IMG/VR virus record: IMGVR_UViG_3300034284_002638
Location: 1-64,000 of that record
Reading direction: 5' to 3' (one strand)
Origin: a virus
DNA length: 64,000 nt
The notes beneath the pieces are model-generated. The model did not search any database. It saw only the letters and a list, made by a program, of their open reading frames with translations, and was not told the origin of the DNA. The position numbers were made by a program, and so were the translations under genes. Below, piece by piece: positions 28,618-37,351 of the stretch. Every line of letters starts with the position of its first letter. Positions within the stretch are counted from its first letter, which is position 1.

Positions 28618-28979
28618 AAGAAAAACTCTACCAAATCCTCAACGACAAGTGGCTTGACATAGGTGTTCTCTGGCGAGCCACCTTCCGGCGTCAGATCGGC
28701 CTTGAAGGACTGCCCCGCAAAACAAACAGAGGACAATTTGATCAACATTTGTGGGACGAATACTTGCGGGAAATGAACATAACCCATCCGGCGGTAGAGG
28801 TTCATTTCCTCGGAAGAGAGACCGAACATTACTTCATCGAGAACCCGGCGGCGAAGGAGAAGTTGGTGGGAGTCCCCAAAGAACTCGCCATGAAGGCCTT
28901 GGTGCTGGGGCACTTCCCCGACAGCCCCTCGATTGAGAAAATGCGGGACTGTTTCCATGAACCATCAAAAGCTCCTTGA
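28614..28979 (+). CDS. LGxP-family paralog 12 (PDSPS subfamily)
   Basis: KLYQILN, WDEYLREM, VPKELAMKALVLGHFPDSPS. Confidence 0.75.
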   Translation: MKEKLYQILNDKWLDIGVLWRATFRRQIGLEGLPRKTNRGQFDQHLWDEYLREMNITHPAVEVHFLGRETEHYFIENPAAKEKLVGVPKELAMKALVLGHFPDSPSIEKMRDCFHEPSKAP

Positions 28980-29271
28980 AATATTCATCGCCAAATTGGA
29001 CAAGGTCTGTCCGCCGAAGAGCGGACAGAATGTCCGCAATGACGCTTGGTGGTCAATCATAGAGAAGTATGGATGCAAGATGATACCATCTGGGCAAATA
29101 GCGGACCTGGTCAACAACGGACCGAACGACTATGTGTGCATGAAGTCTTTCAATGTATCGGTGGTGAATGCCCACTGGGTGCTTGTTCCCAAGGAACTTG
29201 CTTTGAAGGCCCTGACGCTCGAATACCTTCCCGACAGCCCCTCGGCAGAAAGACCTCGTGAATCCACATGA
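28957..29271 (+). CDS. LGxP-family paralog 13 (PDSPS subfamily)
   Basis: VPKELALKALTLEYLPDSPS. Confidence 0.72.
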   Translation: MNHQKLLEIFIAKLDKVCPPKSGQNVRNDAWWSIIEKYGCKMIPSGQIADLVNNGPNDYVCMKSFNVSVVNAHWVLVPKELALKALTLEYLPDSPSAERPREST

Positions 29272-29732
29272 CAAAAGACAAACTCTACCACATCCTCAAC
29301 GAGAAGTTGTTTGACATCGCCGATCTGTACAAAGGTCACGAGTTGGAGCATTCCCGGCCTGGGCCGAAGCCGAACTGGATGCCCGTTATCTCAAGTGCGA
29401 TAAAAGGAATCTTCACAGAACAGTTTGATCTTGAAATCTGGAAATTGTATCTTGAGGAGATTGGAGTTATCAAATTTGTTCGCTCCGGATGGTTCAGGGA
29501 GAACGATATGGAGGACGAAATCGAGAACCTCTCCTTCGCGGACCTCCAGGGCCAGAAGGTTGATATTGAATGGATCAAAGAAAATCTTACGATAATTCCG
29601 GATCCGCTCGCACAGTTTCATAGGGTCGGAATCCCCAACGAACTCGCCACGAAGGCGTTGGCCCTCGGGTACTTCCCCGACAGCCCCTCAATTGAAAGAA
29701 TGCGGGAGGCCTCCCTTGGACACAGCGGATGA
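29268..29732 (+). CDS. LGxP-family paralog 14 (PDSPS subfamily)
   Basis: KLYHILN, WKLYLEEIGV, IPNELATKALALGYFPDSPS. Confidence 0.75.
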   Translation: MTKDKLYHILNEKLFDIADLYKGHELEHSRPGPKPNWMPVISSAIKGIFTEQFDLEIWKLYLEEIGVIKFVRSGWFRENDMEDEIENLSFADLQGQKVDIEWIKENLTIIPDPLAQFHRVGIPNELATKALALGYFPDSPSIERMREASLGHSG

Positions 29733-30009
29733 ACTGTACGAACTGTACAAAATGCTTGAGAGGAGACACCGCGACCTCATGGTCTTCTTCAGCAATATTT
29801 GTTGCGATCCGAACCGCTGGCCGATACATTTGAGGCCGATCTGGGACAAGTACTTGCTGAGTCTGGATTGCAAAAAAGGCCTCCAACCAGGCGACTTCCT
29901 GTACATCCCCAGTCCCTCGAACGAATGGAAGGAGACGGTAGCCTTCCCCAAGGATGTGGCGTTCAAAGCCTTGGTTCTCGGCGAACTGCCGGAAATGGAC
30001 CTGGAATGA
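29716..30009 (+). CDS. LGxP-family paralog 15
   Basis: GGAGG plus TTG start; WDKYLLSLDC, FPKDVAFKALVLGELP. Confidence 0.72.
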   Translation: MDTADELYELYKMLERRHRDLMVFFSNICCDPNRWPIHLRPIWDKYLLSLDCKKGLQPGDFLYIPSPSNEWKETVAFPKDVAFKALVLGELPEMDLE

Positions 30010-30317
30010 CAGACAAGATCAACGACGAGACATACAGGCTTCTCAAGAAGAGGTTTGACGAACTGGCGGGTGTCATGGGCTTAAAGGGTCGCCTTGGCGA
30101 TCTTTGGCTCAACTACCTTGAGGGCTTGGGATGCGCCGTAGTTGAAAACATTCGCCCAACCAACCCACCTTCGGAATCGGAGAACTTCGTGGTCTGTCGC
30201 AACCCATCAAGCCCCCCGTTCGGCAAAGGGTTTGTCGAGGAGGTGCGGATTCCCAAGGAGACCGCGCTCAAGGCTATTTTGATAAGCGATTTTCCACCCG
30301 GAACCCAGCAAAAATGA
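30006..30317 (+). CDS. LGxP-family paralog 16
   Basis: YRLLKKRF, WLNYLEGLGC, IPKETALKAILISDFP. Confidence 0.72.
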   Translation: MTDKINDETYRLLKKRFDELAGVMGLKGRLGDLWLNYLEGLGCAVVENIRPTNPPSESENFVVCRNPSSPPFGKGFVEEVRIPKETALKAILISDFPPGTQQK

Positions 30318-30643
30318 CAGACAAGATGAGCAAAAAGATATACGCGCTCTTGAAGAAGAGGTTTGACGACCTCATAGACTTGTACATAAAAAAGAGCGGC
30401 TCGCTCTCCATCTGGACTCCAAACATAGACCAGATGTGGCGGGACTATCTTGACGAGATCGGGTGTTTACGATACCACAGTTCAGATATTCTTGACCATG
30501 TCATTTCAAACATTGACGATTATGTGGTCTGTCTGAATCCCCAGAGTAGTTTCACGGGCTACATAGCGGTTCCCAAAGAGACCGCGTTCAAGGCCGTCGT
30601 CCTCGGCGAGTTTCCGGAGATTTCGTTTGAGGTTGCGAAATGA
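30314..30643 (+). CDS. LGxP-family paralog 17
   Basis: IYALLKKRF, WRDYLDEIGC, VPKETAFKAVVLGEFP. Confidence 0.75.
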   Translation: MTDKMSKKIYALLKKRFDDLIDLYIKKSGSLSIWTPNIDQMWRDYLDEIGCLRYHSSDILDHVISNIDDYVVCLNPQSSFTGYIAVPKETAFKAVVLGEFPEISFEVAK

Positions 30644-30927
30644 ATTCTGAAATGGGCTCCACCAAGCTGCACCAACTTCTAGAGGAGAAGTGGGAAAAGG
30701 TGTTTGGACAGTACCGCTCCCTCCAAAAATGGGCGGAATATATCAACGAGATGGGCTTCAAGACAACAAGAATCGTATATGCTCCCGACGGACATGCCGC
30801 ATATGCGATGAAATTTCCCGACCACGAGGATGTCTTCTTCGTCCTTGATCCATTGAGCAAATTGCATCTCATTTCAATTCCCAAGGAAGTCGCCTTCAAG
30901 GTTCTGGCCTTGGGAGGGTTCCCGTGA
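30640..30927 (+). CDS. LGxP-family paralog 18
   Basis: WAEYINEMGF, IPKEVAFKVLALGGFP*. Confidence 0.75.
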   Translation: MNSEMGSTKLHQLLEEKWEKVFGQYRSLQKWAEYINEMGFKTTRIVYAPDGHAAYAMKFPDHEDVFFVLDPLSKLHLISIPKEVAFKVLALGGFP

Positions 30928-31838
30928 ATGAAAAACTCTATGACATCCTGAACAAGAAACTTTTTGACATCGCGGACTTGCACTACGAAAAAGCCAATTC
31001 TCCGCACCGCCAAGAACCCCGCCACGAGCGCCTTGGCAAAAAGATTGTTTCTAGTTCCCCGGTTTCTACCTCGTTTGGCCCGAAGATCATGTTCCCCAAG
31101 CATGTTTGGCGCTCATATCTCGACGAGATGGGAATCGTCAAAGCCGAGGGGGTTGAACAGCGAGTCCTTCCTGTCGGAAAATTTTTGATCGTGGCGGATC
31201 CTCTTGTTGCATACGAAAAGTTGGGCGTCCCCGAAGAACTCGCCATGAAGGCCTTAGCCCTTGGATACTTCCCCGACAGCCCCTCAATCGAGAATATGCG
31301 GGAGACAGCCTTAGAAGAACCAGTTTACACGATCAAAAGTCGGGGCTATAATGCTCTAGGAAAAACTCAAATGATCTACCTCGTGCTTGCAGTCGCGCTA
31401 CTTCTCGCCATCCCGATAGGGCTGGAATGCTTGTTCGCCTATCTCATGGACGACGCCGAGAAAAACCGCCACCTTCGGGAAACAAGTGATAAAATCATGA
31501 AAGAAAATCGCCATGACGCTCTCCTTGAGGCCGCGACGCGACTTTATGAGTGCGATTTTTGGAAGCCAACTAGAATGTCGGAGGATGAGGCATCTAAGGC
31601 GTGGGAGGCGTTGCGTGACGCAATTGGGCTTTCGCCGGGAACAGCCACTCAGTGCGACGGGCGCATCGGCTCCTCGACTAATGGAGCCTCATCTCTCACC
31701 GACGCGGAGCGGGCTGCGATCCTTTTCTTCGTAGACAAGCATCGCAAAATCCAGAAGGATGGCGAAAATTACTGCTGTATTGAGGCGAGTCTGCACGCCG
31801 ATGCGCTTCAGGGCTTGCTTGAAAGGGAGTCCCGTTGA
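30924..31838 (+). CDS. LGxP-family paralog 19 (PDSPS subfamily) fused in frame to a membrane protein that may also start at 31371
   Basis: VPEELAMKALALGYFPDSPS, then MIYLVLAVALLL; internal promoter-like sequence. Confidence 0.65.
   Translation: MNEKLYDILNKKLFDIADLHYEKANSPHRQEPRHERLGKKIVSSSPVSTSFGPKIMFPKHVWRSYLDEMGIVKAEGVEQRVLPVGKFLIVADPLVAYEKLGVPEELAMKALALGYFPDSPSIENMRETALEEPVYTIKSRGYNALGKTQMIYLVLAVALLLAIPIGLECLFAYLMDDAEKNRHLRETSDKIMKENRHDALLEAATRLYECDFWKPTRMSEDEASKAWEALRDAIGLSPGTATQCDGRIGSSTNGASSLTDAERAAILFFVDKHRKIQKDGENYCCIEASLHADALQGLLERESR
31324..31352 (+). promoter_or_regulatory. Sigma70-like promoter inside an ORF
   Basis: TTTACA-N17-TATAAT. Confidence 0.65.
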
Positions 31839-32053
31839 GCGCCGACAACTTCGTGGTCGTCCGCAAATTTGATGACGGGTGGTATTGGGCCATGGGATTC
31901 GCCACCAACTATGTGGAAAACGACAAGCCCTTTGAGGCAATTGAACCAGATCAGTTCGTAAATGGCCCGTTCGGCACGGCCGAAGAAGCCGAGGAACACG
32001 CCAGCAAGGATTTGGGAATCATAGAGTACGGAATAGTGGTGAGTCATGATTGA
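31835..32053 (+). CDS. Hypothetical protein (MSADNF), copy B
   Basis: Paralog of 26604. Confidence 0.7.
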   Translation: MSADNFVVVRKFDDGWYWAMGFATNYVENDKPFEAIEPDQFVNGPFGTAEEAEEHASKDLGIIEYGIVVSHD

Positions 32054-32330
32054 AAAACAAGTCCCCCTGCACGAGCTTCTGGCGTCCGTCCCGGAAGACC
32101 ACCGATTGGTCATCCACGGGGAGGGAAGATACCCGTCCAGCACCAGCATCCCTGTGGGAAGGCTGTGCCAAGAGGCATCCAAGGAGTTAGAGAAACAATT
32201 TGAACTCCGTTTCGCCGTCAAGAGACTCCTGGATGACGTCAACTCCCGCTACCCGGACAAGAACCCAAGGGAGTGGAGTTGCCCCTACATGCAGGCTTTG
32301 GACGACATGACACGCGAGAAAACGATATGA
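32046..32330 (+). CDS. Hypothetical protein with a YPDKNPREWSCPY C-terminal module
   Basis: C-terminus shared with 26836-27105; N-terminus unrelated. Confidence 0.65.
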   Translation: MIEKQVPLHELLASVPEDHRLVIHGEGRYPSSTSIPVGRLCQEASKELEKQFELRFAVKRLLDDVNSRYPDKNPREWSCPYMQALDDMTREKTI

Positions 32331-32346
32331 AAAGGACTTAAATTGT

Positions 32347-32559
32347 ATGGAATCAAAAATTGAAAAACTTGTGGATTACCTTCGGGCGGATGGGCATGAC
32401 GACGATGCGGAAGCCTTGATTGTCGTGGATCATCTTATGAGGGAATATGCCTTCTCACATGAGCCTATGGAAGAAAATGCAAAGATCTTTTCCCAACTAC
32501 TGCAAGATTTAGTAGCGGATTGGATGGGAGGTGAAAGATGCAGATCGGTGACAAGATAA
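32347..32559 (+). CDS. Hypothetical protein
   Basis: Acidic 70-aa ORF. Confidence 0.55.
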   Translation: MESKIEKLVDYLRADGHDDDAEALIVVDHLMREYAFSHEPMEENAKIFSQLLQDLVADWMGGERCRSVTR

Positions 32560-32945
32560 AGGGCGTTTCCAACCGATTCGAGGACTTCGTGGGATCGTTC
32601 AACAAGAGCGAAATGGAGCCCGACCCGAATTCGGAGTACATCTACGACCACCACATCGTCTTCTGCGAGGAGGCTCCGTACAATATTCCTACGGAATACG
32701 CTTGTGGTGGACGCAAGATCGCAGTCAATGTCAGGAAGCAAGATGAGCGATGGTCTTCCCGGTACACCTTCAATTTCATAGACGACGAGGCCAAGAGGGA
32801 GTATCACACCTACTACGGGTGGAGCCTCATCCCCCACACCTCCGAGAACCTGATGAGGCTTGAGGAGATCAAGTGGCTCAACGAGCAGATCAATCAGTTC
32901 GGAATTCGCATAGGGGCGGTCAGGAAAGAAATGGGGCATCTTTAA
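32538..32945 (+). CDS. Hypothetical protein, copy B of 24071
   Basis: High amino-acid and nucleotide similarity to 24071-24478. Confidence 0.7.
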   Translation: MQIGDKIKGVSNRFEDFVGSFNKSEMEPDPNSEYIYDHHIVFCEEAPYNIPTEYACGGRKIAVNVRKQDERWSSRYTFNFIDDEAKREYHTYYGWSLIPHTSENLMRLEEIKWLNEQINQFGIRIGAVRKEMGHL

Positions 32946-33042
32946 TGACTTCCTCTTGTTGCCCGAGGAACTCGCCCTCAAGATGATGGTTTTGGAATGT
33001 CCGATTTTGGCCGACAGGATCACAAACGATGAAGTCAAGTAG
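32941..33042 (+). pseudogene. Orphan 3' remnant of an LGxP-family gene
   Basis: FNDFLLLPEELALKMMVLECP...* with no family N-terminal part. Confidence 0.6.
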
Positions 33043-33358
33043 AAAGATCACATTTCACGCCGAATGCGAAAACTGCGGCGGAACCGGACTATATCGGGGT
33101 TTCATGGAGGCCCCAGATAAAGCAGTGGTCTGCATAACTTGCAGAGGCACCGGGTGTAATGTCTTAAATCTCAAGCCCTTTGAGGGCAGAAAGAAAAAGA
33201 GGGGCGTCAAAAAGTTTAGGTTCGGTTCGGGAACAATTCTAAATTCGCCAAGCAGCCCTAGTGGCCGTGACTACGAGTGGTTCCCGTACAAGGAGTTTCT
33301 CAAAAAAGTGCCCGAAATGGCAATTAAGGCGGTCAAAAAGGTCGCCAAGAAAAAGTAG
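33029..33358 (+). CDS. DnaJ-type zinc-finger protein
   Basis: CENCGGTG...CITCRGTG. Confidence 0.65.
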   Translation: MKSSRKITFHAECENCGGTGLYRGFMEAPDKAVVCITCRGTGCNVLNLKPFEGRKKKRGVKKFRFGSGTILNSPSSPSGRDYEWFPYKEFLKKVPEMAIKAVKKVAKKK

Positions 33359-33365
33359 AACTCCC

Positions 33366-33674
33366 ATGACATACCAGCAAAAATGCGAGAAGTTCAGGAA
33401 GTTGATATACGAAGCCAACGGCCTCAAATTCCCGCCCACGCCCAGGTTGGCGCCCATATCCGAGCCGATACGGTGCCGATGGAAGAATCCAGAGGAACTT
33501 GCCGAGTACTTGGAATCATGGGGAGGCAGGTTGGTGCGAACTTGCAGAAGGAGAAGGGGCTATCTTGTAGTTAATCTTGAGGAGGGCATGGAGCCTGTCG
33601 GTCGCAGCCCGTCCATAGCGGAAGTGCCCATGGATTTCGCCACGAAAGTGCTCGTGATGGGAGGATTTCCTTGA
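33366..33674 (+). CDS. LGxP-family paralog 20
   Basis: EYLESWGG, VPMDFATKVLVMGGFP*. Confidence 0.72.
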   Translation: MTYQQKCEKFRKLIYEANGLKFPPTPRLAPISEPIRCRWKNPEELAEYLESWGGRLVRTCRRRRGYLVVNLEEGMEPVGRSPSIAEVPMDFATKVLVMGGFP

Positions 33675-33677
33675 AAT

Positions 33678-33817
33678 AACCACCGCCGTCAACTTGAGGA
33701 GTCGTCAACCTCGGGAGCCGGATGACTCACACCGGCTAGTCCGTCAAATGACCACCGAATTCCCGGGTTAGTGGTCAGCCAGGTAACTAGGTGCGGACAA
33801 CGGTGGCGGCGGTGGTT
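33678..33817 (+). ncRNA. Candidate structured ncRNA (multibranch, possible kissing loop); strand assumed
   Basis: 14-bp closing stem, four internal helices and complementary loops within a 200-nt non-coding gap. Confidence 0.55.
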
Positions 33818-33876
33818 TTGAAACGATTGCATCAATTTGACAGATGGCATAAGAAACTGACCAAGGAATGCTGTAA

Positions 33877-34161
33877 ATGAGCCTGGCAAAAAAAGTTTGG
33901 CACCTTTTGCTTCGCAAGGGAATGGAGTTGAGGAGCAATCCCAACTTCTCCGAGGTTGAATGGGACGATTATGTTCTTTCAATCGGTTGCGAGACGGCGC
34001 AATGTGAAGCAAGTAATTTCGGCGGCTACGAAGAAGAAAAGAGCGTCGTTGTAAGGGACGAAAACCACACAGCGTTCGGCAACAAAAGAGGCCAAATCCC
34101 GAGGTGCTTGAGGATAGACAAGGAGACTGCCATGAAGATTGCGATTCTGGGGTTGCCATGA
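33877..34161 (+). CDS. LGxP-family paralog 21
   Basis: KVWHLLLRK, WDDYVLSIGC, IDKETAMKIAILGLP*. Confidence 0.75.
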   Translation: MSLAKKVWHLLLRKGMELRSNPNFSEVEWDDYVLSIGCETAQCEASNFGGYEEEKSVVVRDENHTAFGNKRGQIPRCLRIDKETAMKIAILGLP

Positions 34162-34418
34162 AACTTGAAAGCCAGATAGTCGCGATGCTTTGGCACAAGA
34201 GCCATGAGATAATCATGATCAAGAAGCCTCCTAGGCCCCAAATGGATTGGTACGAGAAAAACTGGCTTTCGTATTTGATGGACATAGGCATCTTTCCATA
34301 TGATGAGCACTCTCCTAACCTCGACGATCTCGTGATCGTCAATGATCCATGCGGCACTGGTCGTTTGGCGCTGTCAAAGGAAACGGCCATGAAGATCATG
34401 GTTTTGGGGCTGCCATGA
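34158..34418 (+). CDS. LGxP-family paralog 22
   Basis: WLSYLMDIGI, LSKETAMKIMVLGLP*. Confidence 0.75.
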   Translation: MKLESQIVAMLWHKSHEIIMIKKPPRPQMDWYEKNWLSYLMDIGIFPYDEHSPNLDDLVIVNDPCGTGRLALSKETAMKIMVLGLP

Positions 34419-34603
34419 ACAAGGAAGAAATGATACAATCTGTTACGCTGAAGCTCAGCGACGGCACCGTGGGAACCTTCGTGGGTCCCGCCTTGGTGTT
34501 TGAAGAGTCCGCAAGGATAGTGGATGTGACATTCGGGCCGCCCAGGCCCATGCCGACCGGTTGCGAGTGGGGAAAAATAGACACGGAGGAGCACGATGAG
34601 TAA
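34415..34603 (+). CDS. Hypothetical protein
   Basis: Coupled ORF. Confidence 0.55.
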   Translation: MNKEEMIQSVTLKLSDGTVGTFVGPALVFEESARIVDVTFGPPRPMPTGCEWGKIDTEEHDE

Positions 34604-35423
34604 ACAAGAACAACAAGAGCGTTTCAATGCCGCCGTAATGAACTGGATCGCCGAGGCAACAAGCATGTACTCCGGCGCCTGCGGCGACGGAGGCAGACGC
34701 ATTGTGGCCGACGCTTGCGGGCAGTGCTGGACTGCATTTGAAGCAATGAAGAATCCAGAGCCCGAATCCCCAGTTCCACTGAAGAGCGGTGCGGCACCGG
34801 CAGATACACAGGAACCGGTGGCGTGGTACGGTTACGCCGTACGAGCAGACGGCGGGTTTTGCAAGAGCCTTGACTTTAGCCAGAAGGACGTGGAACGCGA
34901 GCTTGCCCAAAACGCCCGCACCGTAATTGAAATCGTTCCGCTCTACCGCCAGCCGCAGCCTACGCTCACCGACGAGCGTGCTGTGGCAAAAACAGAAGGC
35001 AATGTTTGGCTGCACGCATCAAACAAAGAGTTGAGCGACGAAGTTGACAGGCTCACCGCCGAGGTTAACCGTCTGGAGGCATGGCGCGACACGGCGATGA
35101 AGTTCGGCGAGAGCATCGTCACTACCGGCCCTACGGGATACTACGATTTCACTCCGGCGGAGTGGATGGATTGGGCGACTCAACATATCCATCCCCGTAG
35201 CCCTTCGCCTGCGACTCTTACCGACCACGAGTTCAAGATGATTGACAATCTTGCGTTTCTTCTTGAACAGTATGGATGGAAGAGCTATGCCGTCGTGCTC
35301 AAATCGCTGCTCGTAAAACTTGGAGGCCGCGTTGAAAAAGAAGAAGAGACAAGGGTTAGGGTTGAAGATTGTTTTCCCAAAGTTCCCAATCAGCCCGGAT
35401 TCATGAGGTGGTTCAAAAAATGA
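34596..35423 (+). CDS. Modular phage protein (QEPVAW...PLY and LTD modules)
   Basis: QEPVAW/VPLYRQ module shared with 39437. Confidence 0.6.
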   Translation: MSKQEQQERFNAAVMNWIAEATSMYSGACGDGGRRIVADACGQCWTAFEAMKNPEPESPVPLKSGAAPADTQEPVAWYGYAVRADGGFCKSLDFSQKDVERELAQNARTVIEIVPLYRQPQPTLTDERAVAKTEGNVWLHASNKELSDEVDRLTAEVNRLEAWRDTAMKFGESIVTTGPTGYYDFTPAEWMDWATQHIHPRSPSPATLTDHEFKMIDNLAFLLEQYGWKSYAVVLKSLLVKLGGRVEKEEETRVRVEDCFPKVPNQPGFMRWFKK

Positions 35424-35793
35424 AGTATATCGGGACAGAAATCGGGACATTGTGTCCCGATCTTGCAACTATTGGCGACTCGTGAAAAACCTAGATGGAA
35501 AAAAATATCTCAAGAATCGTTGGCACACGCAGTTATTCGTAATCTACTTGAACGCCTCGGTGTAGCCGGCGACGAGTTTCTGTCCATCGACGATGAAATC
35601 CTGCGAAATATGATTGATCAAGGAGAAAAGAAATGACAAAATACAATAGTGTTCAAGAAATGCTGGACGATGCTGGAGAGCCAGATTTTGCCGAAGATTT
35701 TCGTAAACATATGGCAAAACCATTTGTAAGACTCAAGAAATTTTTTTCAATTAATTGGGCTGTATTGGTTGCATTTATTTGTAGAAAGAAAAA

Positions 35794-36078
35794 ATGAACG
35801 ACAACAATGAAGTAGTCACTGTAACACTATCCCTTACCAAACATCAGTGGAAAGACATCATCCAGCATATTATGAATGATGCTAGTATGTTGGAAATGGG
35901 ATTATGCGCCCAAGCTGATCGTGATGCAGACCTAGTGGAAGAAAACCAAAGATTGAAAAATCAAGCGGAGCGACATATGGAAATTATGACGCTCAAATCA
36001 ATGAAACTGGCACAGGGTGGCTACCAACCCGTAGTGAGTCAAACCGAAGTGCCGAAGGCTCCGCCTAAGAAGCGGTGA
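35794..36078 (+). CDS. Hypothetical protein
   Basis: Coupled ORF. Confidence 0.55.
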   Translation: MNDNNEVVTVTLSLTKHQWKDIIQHIMNDASMLEMGLCAQADRDADLVEENQRLKNQAERHMEIMTLKSMKLAQGGYQPVVSQTEVPKAPPKKR

Positions 36079-36362
36079 AGCAACCCGGTACTTTTGTGTT
36101 TTTTGCGCCGGAAAATTTTAACCTTGACGCACTATTATCGCTAGGAGAAAAAATGATTAAAATGATTTACGCATCCGCCGTGGCTACTTTTTGTTCCATA
36201 CTGACATCTGCTTTGGTTTTGGGTTTTTTATATTGGATTGTGAATATATTCAAGCTGAATTACGGAAGAGACGCATATTGGGTTTTTAGTGTTGCATTCT
36301 TTGCGTTTCTGATAAGTTGGATAGTTGTATTTGGTCTTTTTGTCGGACAGAACAGTCGGTAG
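36075..36362 (+). CDS. Membrane protein (2 TM) with an FAPENFN N-terminal fragment
   Basis: Hydrophobic segments; first 16 aa resemble the N-terminus of 36389. Confidence 0.5.
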   Translation: MKQPGTFVFFAPENFNLDALLSLGEKMIKMIYASAVATFCSILTSALVLGFLYWIVNIFKLNYGRDAYWVFSVAFFAFLISWIVVFGLFVGQNSR

Positions 36363-36388
36363 AATTACCGGTTTTGATTGGAAAAATC

Positions 36389-36652
36389 ATGAGCAAATTT
36401 GAACCCGGCACGGTTGTGGTTTTTGCTCCAGAAAATTTTAACCCCGAGTTTTGGAACAAGTTGCCAGAACAAGATAAAGTTAAGTATTATGGATCATTGG
36501 GATACGGATCAAAAAAACCAAAGTTCTTTGCATTCTTGACTGAAATTAAAAATGCTCCTGGTCATTGTGTTTTGGCTGATTTGGATGACGGAAGAATTGA
36601 AGTTATGAGACACATTAGTGATTTTAGAGAAGTTAACGAGGATGAATTCTAA
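36389..36652 (+). CDS. Hypothetical protein
   Basis: MSKFEPGTVVVFAPENFN... Confidence 0.6.
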   Translation: MSKFEPGTVVVFAPENFNPEFWNKLPEQDKVKYYGSLGYGSKKPKFFAFLTEIKNAPGHCVLADLDDGRIEVMRHISDFREVNEDEF

Positions 36653-36743
36653 AAAGAGATAGAAAAAGTAAATTCCAAAATGGTTTCTTGACTGGTTTAT
36701 CCAAACCCTAAATATTGCCTGTTTTAAAATCCGTCGTCGTGAC

Positions 36744-36772
36744 TTTACACCGACCTAAAACGAGACTAGAAT
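36744..36772 (+). promoter_or_regulatory. Sigma70-like promoter
   Basis: TTTACA-N17-TAGAAT, same style as 31324. Confidence 0.65.
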
Positions 36773-36967
36773 GAGGAAGAAGATCGCAAAGGAGCGAGTC
36801 CATGGAAAAATTCAACTGGTGCGCCTTCTGGAAGGGCTTTGACATCTTCGGCGCGATGTTCTCACCGCCGCCGGATCTGCCAAAAACAGACGAAGAGGCG
36901 TTCGCACGCGACATGCAGGCACTCGCAGACGATTTTGAGACCGTGATCAAGGATCAGAGGAGATGAA

Positions 36968-37351
36968 ATGAAGAAGAAGATCGCCGAGAAATGGGTCAAG
37001 GCCCTTCGTTCCGGAAAGTACAAGCAGGGCAGGCACGCCCTCAAGTACAAGACCAAGGCCGGAGTCACGAGGCACTGCTGCCTCGGGGTATTGTGCGAAC
37101 TCTACCAGAAGGAGCACAAGAGGAAGTTGAAGACCGAGGCAGAGAGAGGCACTGAAGAACTCAGGGACTGCAAGGTGATGAAATTCGGCGACTGCAACGG
37201 GACGTTGCCCGAAAAGGTGATGATTTGGAGTGGCATAGGAATCGACGATGGCGGACTGCCCGACGGACGCACCCTCGCCCAGATGAACGACCACGGCGAT
37301 GACTTCGAAGACATCGCGTATGTAATTGAGAGCGAGTACGATGGTCTATGA
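36968..37351 (+). CDS. Phage hypothetical protein (WVKALRSGKYKQG...CCLGVLCEL)
   Basis: Motif recurrent in phage hypothetical proteins. Confidence 0.65.
   Translation: MKKKIAEKWVKALRSGKYKQGRHALKYKTKAGVTRHCCLGVLCELYQKEHKRKLKTEAERGTEELRDCKVMKFGDCNGTLPEKVMIWSGIGIDDGGLPDGRTLAQMNDHGDDFEDIAYVIESEYDGL

Noticed and set aside
33678-33817. tRNA or hammerhead ribozyme identity for the structured element
   Set aside because: No T-loop GTTCRA or cloverleaf dimensions, and no CUGANGA/GAAA core.
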